Assembly (NCBI GenBank): GCA_050175015.1
Contig: JBFXJJ010000002.1
Span: 193,995-257,994 of the forward strand
Origin: Alphaproteobacteria bacterium
Lineage (GTDB): Bacteria > Pseudomonadota > Alphaproteobacteria > JBFXJJ01
Length of the DNA: 64,000 nt
Direction: 5' to 3'
In this document: positions 1 to 11,389 of the stretch, piece by piece
Layout of the letters: each line of letters begins with the position of its first letter
Position numbering within the stretch: position 1 is the first letter of the stretch
Notes under the pieces: generated by a model
The model's input: the letters and a program-made list of their open reading frames with translations, nothing else
Told to the model about the DNA's origin: nothing
Databases searched by the model: none
Translations under genes and position numbers: made by a program

Positions 1-717
1 GGCAAACAAGGCACCAGCTTCATTTTTAGTTTGAAACATTAATGAAGTAACAGGATTTTCTGTTACATCTTGGGCTTTTAACGGTTTGCTAGCCAAGATT
101 AAGAAACGAGATGTACTGTTTTTATCATCTTCGACCTTATCTAAAAGAACCGTCATATCATATCTAACGGCGGTTTTCGGGGCAAGTGATGCCGAATGCG
201 TATCAAAATCAATTGCAAGGTCTCGTGCGGCACCTGCGGTATCCCACGTTTCGTGAATTCTTACCTTGTGTAAGGTTTTTTTCATAAACTTTTCACAAAG
301 AATAACTCCTTGATGATGCGTATAAATATCAGTTATACGGTTTATAGCATCAGTAACTTCTGCCTCATTAGGCTCACGGTTTTTCCATTCCATCAATTCT
401 TCTTTGCTTAAATTTTCATCTGGTTTGCCTCTAACTGCTTTTGTTGGCATTAACAGACAAAAGTGAATCGGAAGGAAGCACTCGCCGACAATAAATAAAT
501 CAGAATAAGGAAGAATATTATATACTTCGGCAATTCTACCCGCTGACGAATTATCTACAGGAATAACTGCATAATCACAATCGCCGCTTTTAACCAAATC
601 TAAAACATCATTAAAGGTTTGACAGCCTCTAAAGTGTGTTTCTTTTTCATTAAAATATTTTTGACAGGCTTGGTGCGAAAAGGCTCCGTGAGTTCCTTGA
701 TAACTGACTCTAGTCAT
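1..717 (-). CDS. pheA: Prephenate dehydratase (3' end runs off the window)
   Basis: Not in ORF track; hand translation from ATG at 717: MTRVSYQGTHGAFSHQAC...AVIPVDNSSAGRI...DTAGAA...NSTSRFLIL...TSLMFQTKNEAGALFA (PDT domain then start of ACT domain); overlaps the tyrC stop. Confidence 0.88.
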   Translation of the reverse strand, partial: MTRVSYQGTHGAFSHQACQKYFNEKETHFRGCQTFNDVLDLVKSGDCDYAVIPVDNSSAGRIAEVYNILPYSDLFIVGECFLPIHFCLLMPTKAVRGKPDENLSKEELMEWKNREPNEAEVTDAINRITDIYTHHQGVILCEKFMKKTLHKVRIHETWDTAGAARDLAIDFDTHSASLAPKTAVRYDMTVLLDKVEDDKNSTSRFLILASKPLKAQDVTENPVTSLMFQTKNEAGALFA

Positions 718-1648
718 TAGTAGAATTCCCTTGTGTTTTAGTTAAATATACTTTTTCATTTTCCATAATATGCTGCTTGGCATCAATAACTTCTTTACGA
801 ATTTTTTGGGTTTTTGTAAAAAGATCGAATAATTTATCTCCCTCGTTCCACCTAATAGCACGCTGAAGAGCGGTTAAGTCTTCTGAAAAGCGCTGAATAA
901 CTTCAAGAACAGCGTCCTTGTTGGCAAGAAAAATATCCCGCCACATTGTTGGATCTGAACCTGCAATTCTAGTAAAATCTCGGAAGCCGCTGGCAGAATA
1001 TTTAATGATTTCTTGTTTTAAATGGGTTTCCATATCATCAGCTGTTGCAACAATGGTGTATGCTATCAAATGCGGCAGGTGAGAAACAATCGCCATAACT
1101 TTATCGTGATGCTCAGGGGTCATCGTATCAACTTTAGAACCTATTTCCTGCCATAAGTCTGACAGTTTTTTAACGACGTCATCAGGCGTGCCATCTAGCG
1201 GTGTTAAAATGCACCATCTATCTTGAAAAAGCTCGGCAAAACCCGCCGCTGGTCCTGATTTCTCCGTGCCAGCTATAGGATGGGCAGGGATAAAATAGAC
1301 ACCACGTGAAACTTGGGGAGCAATATCTTTTACAACAGTTGTTTTCACTGAACCGACGTCAGAAACAATAGCGCCTTTTTTAAGAAAGGGAGCTATTTTA
1401 GTAAAAGCTTCACCCGAAGCACCAACAGGCGTACAGATAAAAACTAAATCGGCATCTTTAACAACGCTTTGATAATCTTTAACGGCAATATCTGCGAGAT
1501 TGAGTTTTATCGTTTCATCAATGACATCATCAGAAATATCAAAGACCGCAATTTTTTGCGCAAGATTTTTAGCTTTGATTGCTCTTGCTAAAGAAGATGC
1601 AATAAGTCCAAAACCGATAAAAGAAATTTGTTCAAACATATAAGTCAT
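710..1648 (-). CDS. tyrC: Cyclohexadienyl/prephenate dehydrogenase
   Basis: Rossmann GFGLIASS, SDVGSVK, HPIAGTEKSG, SHLPHL, GFRDFTRIAGSDPTMWRD motifs; start may be ATG at 1639. Confidence 0.93.
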   Translation of the reverse strand: MTYMFEQISFIGFGLIASSLARAIKAKNLAQKIAVFDISDDVIDETIKLNLADIAVKDYQSVVKDADLVFICTPVGASGEAFTKIAPFLKKGAIVSDVGSVKTTVVKDIAPQVSRGVYFIPAHPIAGTEKSGPAAGFAELFQDRWCILTPLDGTPDDVVKKLSDLWQEIGSKVDTMTPEHHDKVMAIVSHLPHLIAYTIVATADDMETHLKQEIIKYSASGFRDFTRIAGSDPTMWRDIFLANKDAVLEVIQRFSEDLTALQRAIRWNEGDKLFDLFTKTQKIRKEVIDAKQHIMENEKVYLTKTQGNSTND

Positions 1649-1728
1649 TTTTTGATATAATTTTAAAAGATTATTCTCTATATTATTAAAAAAAAGAGCA
1701 TAAGCATTTAAAATATTTATAGCAAGGA

Positions 1729-2466
1729 TTGTTTAAAGTGCAGGTAAGTTTAATTGTATTTATATCTACGATTATGGGCTTTTTGTTTCCCTTTTTATCC
1801 CGAAGACCATCGAAATTTATGCCCGCCGATGCTGCCACTGCTGCTGTTATGTTTTGCCATTTACCACGGTTTCCTCGAGGTATTAATAAAAATCATAAGA
1901 AAAGATTTAAGAAGCTATGGTTTGATTTAATTAAAGGAAGCATTCTATGCGGAGCGGTATGCGGTTTAATAACTTTTTTCTTTATGTTTAAGATGCCGTT
2001 TTATCAGGGAATATTTATAAGTTTATTATGCTTAATTATGGTTTTTATGGCTCTTATTGATGCCAGATTTCAGATTATTCCAGACTTTTTTACCGTTCCG
2101 CTTTTGATAATGGGCATAGCATTTGCCAACTTTGATTCCTATGTTGATGTTAATGATAGTATTCTGGGGGCATTATTTGGCTATGGAGCTCCAACCTTGG
2201 CAGGGGTTTTAATATCTTGGCGAACGAAAAGAGCGATAGGCGGAGGCGATGTTAAATTATTAGCGGCCTTAGGCGCTTGGTTTGGGATAATTGGCCTTAA
2301 TTTTATCGTTTTTGTCTCGGTATTACTGTTTGGATTTTATAGTTTTTTAACAAAACAAAAATATCTACCTTATGGACCTTTTGCTGCTATTGCCGTAATT
2401 GGAACCGCTATTATGCAGTTTGGTTTTGATATCATTCCGCTAGAATTTATTCTTGCTACAAAATAA
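1729..2466 (+). CDS. Prepilin peptidase (A24 family), multi-TM
   Basis: Both catalytic Asp motifs IDARFQIIPD and GGGDVKLLAALGAW, C-terminal LPYGPF; hydrophobic segments. Confidence 0.82.
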   Translation: MFKVQVSLIVFISTIMGFLFPFLSRRPSKFMPADAATAAVMFCHLPRFPRGINKNHKKRFKKLWFDLIKGSILCGAVCGLITFFFMFKMPFYQGIFISLLCLIMVFMALIDARFQIIPDFFTVPLLIMGIAFANFDSYVDVNDSILGALFGYGAPTLAGVLISWRTKRAIGGGDVKLLAALGAWFGIIGLNFIVFVSVLLFGFYSFLTKQKYLPYGPFAAIAVIGTAIMQFGFDIIPLEFILATK

Positions 2467-2549
2467 TTTAGAGCATAAAAAAATCGGCATTTATTGCTGC
2501 TATGCGCATAATTTTTTTGTAGATAATTTTTATTTCAATTAGTTCATAT

Positions 2550-2584
2550 AAAAAAACTGCGGTCTCATTAGAAACCGCAGTTTT
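2550..2584. terminator. Bidirectional intrinsic terminator between prepilin peptidase and groEL
   Basis: aaaactgcggt...accgcagtttt inverted repeat with A/T tails between convergent genes. Confidence 0.75.
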
Positions 2585-2629
2585 ATTTTTGACGCTAGGT
2601 TAAGCGCAAAAGAAGATAAGCTATCTAAA

Positions 2630-4312
<1,683 letters not shown>

Positions 4313-4321
4313 CTAATTCAA

Positions 4322-4612
4322 TTATTTTTCAACAACACCGAGAATATCGGCTTCTTTCATAATGATGCGTTCTTCACCATCAACCTTAACTTCGGTGCCT
4401 GACCATTTGCCAAAAAGTACTCTATCACCAACTTTAACGTCCAAAGAAATTACTTTGCCGTCTTCAGTTCTAGCGCCTGGACCAACTGCTTCAACTATTC
4501 CCTGTGATGGTTTTTCTTTGGCGGTGTCTGGAATAATGATTCCGCCTGCTGTTCTTGTATCTTCTTCAACGCGCTTAATAAGCACACGATCATATAATGG
4601 TCTAAATTTCAT
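4322..4612 (-). CDS. groES: Co-chaperonin GroES
   Basis: [14 protein letters not shown]...[13 protein letters not shown]; ATG at 4612 preceded by GAAAGAGG RBS. Confidence 0.98.
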   Translation of the reverse strand: MKFRPLYDRVLIKRVEEDTRTAGGIIIPDTAKEKPSQGIVEAVGPGARTEDGKVISLDVKVGDRVLFGKWSGTEVKVDGEERIIMKEADILGVVEK

Positions 4613-4713
4613 GGAAAACCTCTTTCGCATTCCCATATTGTTAAAACAAAAAACTAATTATTACCGTAAAACAACCCAAGCAAAAAAGCTTCGAATACGA
4701 TAAGTGATAACTC

Positions 4714-4742
4714 AAGTAGGTTCTTTAAATTAAACTGTCAAG
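4714..4742 (-). promoter_or_regulatory. RpoH (sigma32)-type promoter of groESL
   Basis: Minus strand CTTGAC-N16-CCTACTT, close to alphaproteobacterial RpoH consensus CTTGAA-N15/16-CCTATAT. Confidence 0.6.
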
Positions 4743-4760
4743 GAGTTAAAGGAATATTTT

Positions 4761-5621
4761 TTATTTTTTTAACTTATCCCTAAGCAAATCAACTAGTTCT
4801 TTATGTTGTTTTTCTAGGATTTCAATTTTCTCTTCTATGCTTTCAGATGAAGAGTTTTCTTTGTTAAGACGTTTTTCTGTTCTTATTCCTTTAACACCTT
4901 CAACAACAGCGCTGGTGAAAACATTTATAATCATAAGCATAAAAACGGCAACAAAAACCATAAAAAATATCCAAGAACAAGGATAAACCGACATTGCAAG
5001 TTGAGCTTTTTCACTCGACCAGCCATCAAAAGTTAAAAATCCAAATAAAGCTTCAAGTGCTAAAGAAAGATTACTAAAATCAACTAGTTCATCACCAAAA
5101 AGATAAACCGACATAACGCCAAAAACATAGAAAACAATAACCATTAGGAATAATGTTGAAAAAACACTGGGCAATGTTTCTAAAAACATTGTTAAAACTC
5201 TGCGCATTGATGGCAAAACCGAAAACAAGCGCAGCACTCTGAAAACTCGGAATGTTCTTATAATGATAAAGGCTCCAGTGCTTGGAATAAGAGAAAGGGC
5301 AACAACTATAAAATCAAAAATATTCCAGCCGTCTTTAAAAAATTTATTTTTCATAACATAAATTTTTAAGCATATTTCAAAGACAAAAATTGAAACACAT
5401 ATGTAATCAATTCCAATTAAAACTCTGTCAAAAGCAAGATAGATTTCAGGAAAAGTCATAGCTCCTAGAACAAAAGAATTAAGAAGAATTATTGTAAGAA
5501 TGAAAGTATCAAAACGATAGTCTTTTACAACGGCTTCTAATTTTGCTCTAACATTAGAAAAACAACAAGTAACATGGTTTTTCACATTATCTGACAATTT
5601 TTCTTTGGTAGTCTGAACCAT
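4761..5621 (-). CDS. Voltage-gated cation channel, BacNav/NaChBac-like 6TM ion transporter
   Basis: FFKDGWNIFDFIVV (S3), S4 RTFRVFRVLRLF, pore filter TFDGWSS, C-terminal coiled coil; AGGAGG RBS. Confidence 0.88.
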   Translation of the reverse strand: MVQTTKEKLSDNVKNHVTCCFSNVRAKLEAVVKDYRFDTFILTIILLNSFVLGAMTFPEIYLAFDRVLIGIDYICVSIFVFEICLKIYVMKNKFFKDGWNIFDFIVVALSLIPSTGAFIIIRTFRVFRVLRLFSVLPSMRRVLTMFLETLPSVFSTLFLMVIVFYVFGVMSVYLFGDELVDFSNLSLALEALFGFLTFDGWSSEKAQLAMSVYPCSWIFFMVFVAVFMLMIINVFTSAVVEGVKGIRTEKRLNKENSSSESIEEKIEILEKQHKELVDLLRDKLKK

Positions 5622-5760
5622 TTTTAAAACCTCCTAAAATTCATTACTAATAAGGTACCCTTTATCTAACAATAAATAAAGCAAAATTATTTTTATATAC
5701 TTGTTCTAATGTTTTAACTTTTGTTATTATATAATATCTTTTTCTTAACTTTAATTAAGG

Positions 5761-7599
5761 TTGATATTTTTGTCTGAAGTTCTTAAAGAATATGCGAAAG
5801 GCGATATAATTTTCCGTGAAGGCGATATAAGTAACTTAGCTTACATCGTGGTTCAAGGAAGTGTTGATATTTTTAAAAAGGGCATCTCTGATCCGATAGC
5901 TACGATAAAAAACGGTGACATTATTGGTGAAATGAGTGCCATTGATGGCAAGCCTCGCAGTTGCTCGGCCATGGCTAAAACTAAAGTTATTTTAGAAGAG
6001 ATAAAAGCTTCACAGTTAAAGGAGCAGATTGAAAAAGACAAAGATTTTTCGTTATCGATCATTAAAAGCCTTATTAAAAGAATGCGCGATACGGATAATA
6101 AACTCTCCTCAACGGCAAATAATCAGGTTGAAAGAATCAATACTTCTACAAATGTTGAAGAAAAAGATCTTTCTGCAGCTCAAGAGAGTAGTACTCAAGT
6201 AAAAACAGAGGATAATGTCTCCAATTTTAATTTTATGGGTTGGTTGTTTGGCTCTAAAGCAAATAGCATCTTTAATCTTTATCTGCCATCAATTATGGGA
6301 GATAAAAACAACCAACTCCGCAATCAGCTTTTAGAATTTTTTGAGACGTTAGATTTTTTTAATGCGAATAAAGCTTCTGACTGCAACAATGTTACCTCCT
6401 ATGTTAAGCAAATTAGTAAAAAAAATGGCGATATATTGCTTAAGTGTGAAATAAATTATGACAGCAATATTCTAGCGGTTGCCTTAATTACTAAACACCC
6501 TAATCCTTATACTTATACCAATATTTTGCACAACAGCTTTAAGTTTTATATCCCGATATCGGCAGAAGACGGCAATTTTTCTTTGCTCAAGTGCTTGATT
6601 GCCGGATTTGTTAATCCCAGAAGTAAAAAACAAAAAGATGCTCTAGCTGCAATCTTGCCTTCTTTCATTGATGACGCTAAAACATCATTGGCATCACCAA
6701 AGCTGCACTCTCCTCAGCTTATTGCTTATAACCTTATCTGTTTTGGAGTTGTTTGTTTTAATTTATATAACTTAAATAATGATGATAAATGGCTTAAAAC
6801 CGCTATCGAGATTTTTCAAAAAACACTATCTATACCAAATAATCAAACGGAAATTTCTTTTGCAGGTAATTTTCTTCTAGCTCAATGCTACAGCTGTCTT
6901 TGTAATAAAAAAGAATATCAAGAAAGTAATATGAATCTTGCGGTAAAACACTATAACATTGCTAAAACTCTTCTAAATTCATCTATAGATGCCGAAAAGC
7001 TAGCCATCATTGACAGCCAAATATCTTTTATATGTTCAACGGTTGGTATGGTTGAGGGACGTAAAGATGATCTGCTTAATTCGATAACCTGCGCCAAAAG
7101 CGCATTGGCTTATTTTTCTTCACAAAAAGAGATTTCTAAATGGTCAGCTGTTGCCAATAATATGGCTCAGACTATGCAGTTTTATGGTAACCTTTATGGC
7201 GATATTGATTACATAAAAAGCTCTATCGAGGCGTTTGAGCTTATTCTTGCAACTAGAGACAAGAAGAAAAATCCTTTGCTTTGGGCTGAAACAAAAAATA
7301 ATTTGGCATCATCTTGTTTTATTTTAGGAAAATATACTAACAATAATAAAGACTTTCAAGAAGCTGCCGAAGCCTTTGAAGAAGCTGCCAATATTTACAA
7401 AACACACAAGCAGGAGAAGCAGGCCCACGTTTCTTTGCGTAATCATAAACTTGCGACAGAAGCATGCGCTAAAACAGCCGCTCAGAAAACTAGTCGTGAT
7501 GAAACTTGGCGGCTTGAATTTGAAAGCAAAGAAGATATAGATGAAATTCCAAGCAACATTAATGAAGATGAGTGGAGCAAAGAACTTTTAGACAGCTAA
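5761..7599 (+). CDS. Cyclic-nucleotide-binding domain protein with C-terminal TPR-like repeats
   Basis: N-terminal YAKGDIIFREGD...IGEMSAIDGKPRSCSAMA (cNMP fold); C-terminal WSAVANNMA, PLLWAETKNNLA TPR-like repeats; TTG start. Confidence 0.8.
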   Translation: MIFLSEVLKEYAKGDIIFREGDISNLAYIVVQGSVDIFKKGISDPIATIKNGDIIGEMSAIDGKPRSCSAMAKTKVILEEIKASQLKEQIEKDKDFSLSIIKSLIKRMRDTDNKLSSTANNQVERINTSTNVEEKDLSAAQESSTQVKTEDNVSNFNFMGWLFGSKANSIFNLYLPSIMGDKNNQLRNQLLEFFETLDFFNANKASDCNNVTSYVKQISKKNGDILLKCEINYDSNILAVALITKHPNPYTYTNILHNSFKFYIPISAEDGNFSLLKCLIAGFVNPRSKKQKDALAAILPSFIDDAKTSLASPKLHSPQLIAYNLICFGVVCFNLYNLNNDDKWLKTAIEIFQKTLSIPNNQTEISFAGNFLLAQCYSCLCNKKEYQESNMNLAVKHYNIAKTLLNSSIDAEKLAIIDSQISFICSTVGMVEGRKDDLLNSITCAKSALAYFSSQKEISKWSAVANNMAQTMQFYGNLYGDIDYIKSSIEAFELILATRDKKKNPLLWAETKNNLASSCFILGKYTNNNKDFQEAAEAFEEAANIYKTHKQEKQAHVSLRNHKLATEACAKTAAQKTSRDETWRLEFESKEDIDEIPSNINEDEWSKELLDS

Positions 7600-7632
7600 A
7601 TGAAATGTGCTTTGAATTCATAGCCTAATTAC

Positions 7633-7673
7633 AATAAAAGCCCCAAAGACATTTTATCTAAGGGGCTTTTATT
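7633..7673. terminator. Bidirectional terminator between cNMP-TPR gene and ptsN
   Basis: aataaaagcccc...ggggcttttatt inverted repeat. Confidence 0.75.
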
Positions 7674-7696
7674 TATAAACGATAGATTAAGAACAA

Positions 7697-8146
7697 CTAA
7701 TCTTCTTCAGTAAACATCGCAAAGATAGCTTCAGAACTGCCGCTGCCTCTTAATTTTTCGCACATTTTTTCATCTCTTAAGACTCTTGAAACTTTAGCAA
7801 GAGCTTTAAGGTGATCTGCACCAGCTTCTTCAGGAGCTAAAAGTAAGAAAATAAGATCAACTGGTCTATCATCAATAGAATCAAAATTAATCGGATTTTC
7901 TAATCTCGCAAAAAAACCATAGAGTTTATTTAATTCATTAAGCTTCCCATGAGGAATAGCGACTCCATTACCAACACCAGTAGTTCCAAGACGTTCTCTT
8001 TCGATTAAAACATCAAAGATTTCTCTTTCTTCTATGGTAGTAAGATGAGAAGCGCAACTAGCTAGCTCTTGAAGGGCTTGCTTTTTGCTTGAGACCTTTA
8101 ACTTTGGAATAATTCCTTCAGGTCTAATTATATTACTAAAATACAT
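7697..8146 (-). CDS. ptsN: PTS IIA-like nitrogen regulatory protein PtsN
   Basis: ERERLGTTGVGNGVAIPHGK, DHLKALAKVSR; downstream of rpoN-hpf; ATG at 8146. Confidence 0.96.
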   Translation of the reverse strand: MYFSNIIRPEGIIPKLKVSSKKQALQELASCASHLTTIEEREIFDVLIERERLGTTGVGNGVAIPHGKLNELNKLYGFFARLENPINFDSIDDRPVDLIFLLLAPEEAGADHLKALAKVSRVLRDEKMCEKLRGSGSSEAIFAMFTEED

Positions 8147-8196
8147 TTGTAATCCTTTGTGAAACACTCAAAAAAAACAACAAAAACAGCAGTTGT

Positions 8197-8772
8197 TTAT
8201 GCTTGTTTATTGCGTTCGCTTTGAGGATCAACCCAGCCGATGTTACCATCTTTACGTCTATAAACCATATTGATTCCGCCGTGAGAATTGTTACGGAATA
8301 ATAAAGCTGGCATATCAGCTAAATCCATACGCATTACTGCACCGCTAACCGTACAAGATGGGATTTCGGCTTCGAGTTCTGCGATAGTAATTGGAGAACC
8401 TTCCACAGGAAGTTCTTCTTCAGAATTTTCAGCAGCAATAATTGAATGATAAGCAGATTCAATTTCTGCTGAACGACTTTTTTGATCAACAAGACGGTTT
8501 TTATAACGACGAAGTCTTGTTGCAATTTTTTCATTAGCATTATCAAGAGCAGCGTTAAGGTCTGAACTTGTAGAACTGCCCTGAAGAACAATACCTCTTC
8601 TTGGGTGAACCGTAATATCAGCCTTTACATTGTCTCCTTCTTTTGAAAAAGAAACGTTTGCACTAATAATGTCATCAAAATATTTGCTGACGGTAGACGT
8701 TAAACTTTTTTCAACATATTCACGCAACCTATCGGTTACTGTAATTTGTTTACCTGTTGTAGTTATTTTCAT
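8197..8772 (-). CDS. hpf: Ribosome hibernation promoting factor (long HPF/RaiA)
   Basis: MKITTTGKQITVTDRLREYV, RLRRYKNRL, NMVYRRKDGNIGWVDP. Confidence 0.95.
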   Translation of the reverse strand: MKITTTGKQITVTDRLREYVEKSLTSTVSKYFDDIISANVSFSKEGDNVKADITVHPRRGIVLQGSSTSSDLNAALDNANEKIATRLRRYKNRLVDQKSRSAEIESAYHSIIAAENSEEELPVEGSPITIAELEAEIPSCTVSGAVMRMDLADMPALLFRNNSHGGINMVYRRKDGNIGWVDPQSERNKQA

Positions 8773-8967
8773 CTTAAACACTCTATCACTTTGTTATTAA
8801 GTATAAACTAATAAACTAAAATTTAGATATAAGACTTTTATTATGAATAATCAAGTCTAGTATTAAATATAGCAAACAGCTAATTAAGCGAAAAAAAGCC
8901 TGCTCGTCAATAGAGAATAAGTTTAAGTTACTGATATTATTTTTTAATTTACAACAACGCGTTGTTT

Positions 8968-10422
8968 TTAAACGGTTTTTTTATCCCTGCGGCGCTGAAC
9001 TGAGGATGGAATTTTCATAGCTTCACGATACTTAGTGACCGTTCGCCTTGCGATATCCACACCTTCTTTTTGTAAGATTTCCACAATTTTATCATCTGAA
9101 AGTATTTTTTTGTGATTCTCCTCATCAATTAGAGCTTTAATTCTGAATTTGATTGTTTCAGAAGAGGTTGATTGCCCGCTTGATGCTCCCAAAGCTTGAG
9201 AGAAGAAATATTTAAGTTCAAACACCCCTCTTGGAGTTGCAATATATTTATTAGTTGTTACACGGCTGATTGTGCTTTCGTGCATTTCAACGGCTTCGGC
9301 AATATCCCTAAGCGTTAAAGGTTTGAAAAACTCAATGCCATATTCAAAAAAATCTTGTTGATGAATAACAATCTCGGTCGCCGTTTTAAGTATTGTATTA
9401 GCACGCTGCTGCAAAGATTTAATGAGCCAATTAGCCGATGAAATTTTTTCGTTAATAAAACTTTTTTCTTCTCTCTTTTTAACTAGAGAATTAATTTCGA
9501 CCAAGTAATCATTATTAATTAGAACCCTTGGGAGCGTTCCAGAATTAAGCTCTAGAGTCCAAGAACCATCAGTCCTTGTCCGCATAATAATATCAGGAAC
9601 AACTGTTTGAACTATGTTATATTCAAAGATGCTGGCTGGTTTAGGGTTTAGCTCTTTAATTTCCTTTATCATCTGCAAAACATCTTCTAAATCGACCCCG
9701 CAGACTTTTTGCAGCTTATTATAGTCTTTAGCCGCAACTAGATCTAAATTATCCAACATTGCAGCTATTGCTGGGTCATATTTGTTTTTTTCTTTCAACT
9801 GCTCAGCCAAACATTCGGCAAGATTTCTGCAAAAAACACCCGTTGGCTCAAATGTCTTCAACTTGGCCAAGATTTTGTTCATTCTGCCTTCCGAACAACC
9901 AAGTTTTTTTTCAATATCTTTAACATCACCAAAAAGATAGCCTGAAGGATCTAGCATATCTAAAATATTTACGGCAATAATACGATCAGCATTATCAGGA
10001 AATGCTAAATTTATCTGATCTAAAATGTGTTCTCTAAAATTAACGGTGTGAGAAATAGTCTGTTCTAAAACATTTTCTCCATATTCATAATTTTTAGAGT
10101 TTGTCTCTTTCCAATTATTAAGACTTAAATCACTTTCAGCATAATCACTATCGATATCAAGTGGAGCATCGGTTTCTATATTTTGCGTTTTTTCTATTTC
10201 TGGGTTTTCTGATATTGTTTCTTCTTCGGAAATTATTTTGCTTTCAACCCTGTCTAAGGTTTCATCTTCGGTTTCGAGTAAGGGATTTTTTTCTAATTCT
10301 GAAGTAACATATTCTGCCAATTCTAAGTTAGACATCTGCAAAAGCTTAATCGCCTGCTGCAACTGCGGCGTCATAACCAGCGATTGTTTAAGCTTTAAGT
10401 CTAACCTAGGTGTTACAGCCAT
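8968..10422 (-). CDS. rpoN: RNA polymerase sigma-54 factor
   Basis: MTPQLQQAIKLLQMS, HESTISRVT, RpoN box IARRTVTKYRE. Confidence 0.98.
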   Translation of the reverse strand: MAVTPRLDLKLKQSLVMTPQLQQAIKLLQMSNLELAEYVTSELEKNPLLETEDETLDRVESKIISEEETISENPEIEKTQNIETDAPLDIDSDYAESDLSLNNWKETNSKNYEYGENVLEQTISHTVNFREHILDQINLAFPDNADRIIAVNILDMLDPSGYLFGDVKDIEKKLGCSEGRMNKILAKLKTFEPTGVFCRNLAECLAEQLKEKNKYDPAIAAMLDNLDLVAAKDYNKLQKVCGVDLEDVLQMIKEIKELNPKPASIFEYNIVQTVVPDIIMRTRTDGSWTLELNSGTLPRVLINNDYLVEINSLVKKREEKSFINEKISSANWLIKSLQQRANTILKTATEIVIHQQDFFEYGIEFFKPLTLRDIAEAVEMHESTISRVTTNKYIATPRGVFELKYFFSQALGASSGQSTSSETIKFRIKALIDEENHKKILSDDKIVEILQKEGVDIARRTVTKYREAMKIPSSVQRRRDKKTV

Positions 10423-10529
10423 TTATTACATAACCTCAAACGCACTAAAATGAGCAACTACGCATCTTTTTAGCGGTTATATTTTTGTTAAATACGGTAA
10501 CACTATAACGCATTATTATTAAACAATGC

Positions 10530-11336
10530 TTAAAGACTGAAACGTGTGCCTAAATAAACTCTTCGGACACCATCGTGGGCAACAATCTCAGAAGGAGAAC
10601 CCTCCATCATAACCATTCCATCGTGAAGAATATATGCACGGTCAATAATGTCGAGTGTTTCTCTAACATTGTGATCGGTTATCAAAACGCCTATTCCCTT
10701 GTGTTTCAGATGAGAAACCAAATCTCTGATTTCCCCAACGGCAATAGGGTCAATACCAGCTAAAGGTTCGTCAAGCAGGACAAAAGAAGGATTAGAAGCT
10801 AAAGCTCTAGCAATTTCAACACGGCGACGTTCACCGCCAGAAAGTGCAATTGCAGGAGCGTGTCTTAAATGAGTTATGGAAAATTCAGCCAAAAGCTCTT
10901 CCAGCATATTTTCTCTTTTATTATAATCGCTTTCAATAACTTCTAAGATTGAGCGAATATTATTTTCAACCGTCATACTGCGAAAAATTGAGGCTTCCTG
11001 AGGCAAATATCCTATACCTAATCTTGCTCTGCGGTACATTGGAAGTGATGTGATATTATTCCCATCAATTTTAATTTCGCCGTAATCAGGAGTAATTAAA
11101 CCAGTAACACAATAAAAACAAGTAGTCTTGCCGGCACCATTCGGTCCTAAGAGACCAACGGCTTCACCACGTTTTACATTAAGAGAAATATTTCTTAAAA
11201 CAGGACGTTTTTTATACTGTTTGCCAATACTTACAACTTCCAAACCGGCATTAACAGAGACTAACTTGGGTTTTGTTATCTCTTTATCTTTGTCTGTTTT
11301 GCTGTTCTTATTTGTAAAAATTGGTTTTATATTCAT
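10530..11336 (-). CDS. lptB: LPS export ABC transporter ATPase
   Basis: GPNGAGKTT, YLPQEASIF, LSGGERRRVEIARAL, ITDHNVRETL. Confidence 0.97.
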   Translation of the reverse strand: MNIKPIFTNKNSKTDKDKEITKPKLVSVNAGLEVVSIGKQYKKRPVLRNISLNVKRGEAVGLLGPNGAGKTTCFYCVTGLITPDYGEIKIDGNNITSLPMYRRARLGIGYLPQEASIFRSMTVENNIRSILEVIESDYNKRENMLEELLAEFSITHLRHAPAIALSGGERRRVEIARALASNPSFVLLDEPLAGIDPIAVGEIRDLVSHLKHKGIGVLITDHNVRETLDIIDRAYILHDGMVMMEGSPSEIVAHDGVRRVYLGTRFSL

Positions 11337-11389
11337 TTCTTTGTTTTACAATAATTTATATTAAAAATTATTTAAGAATCTTTTATTTT

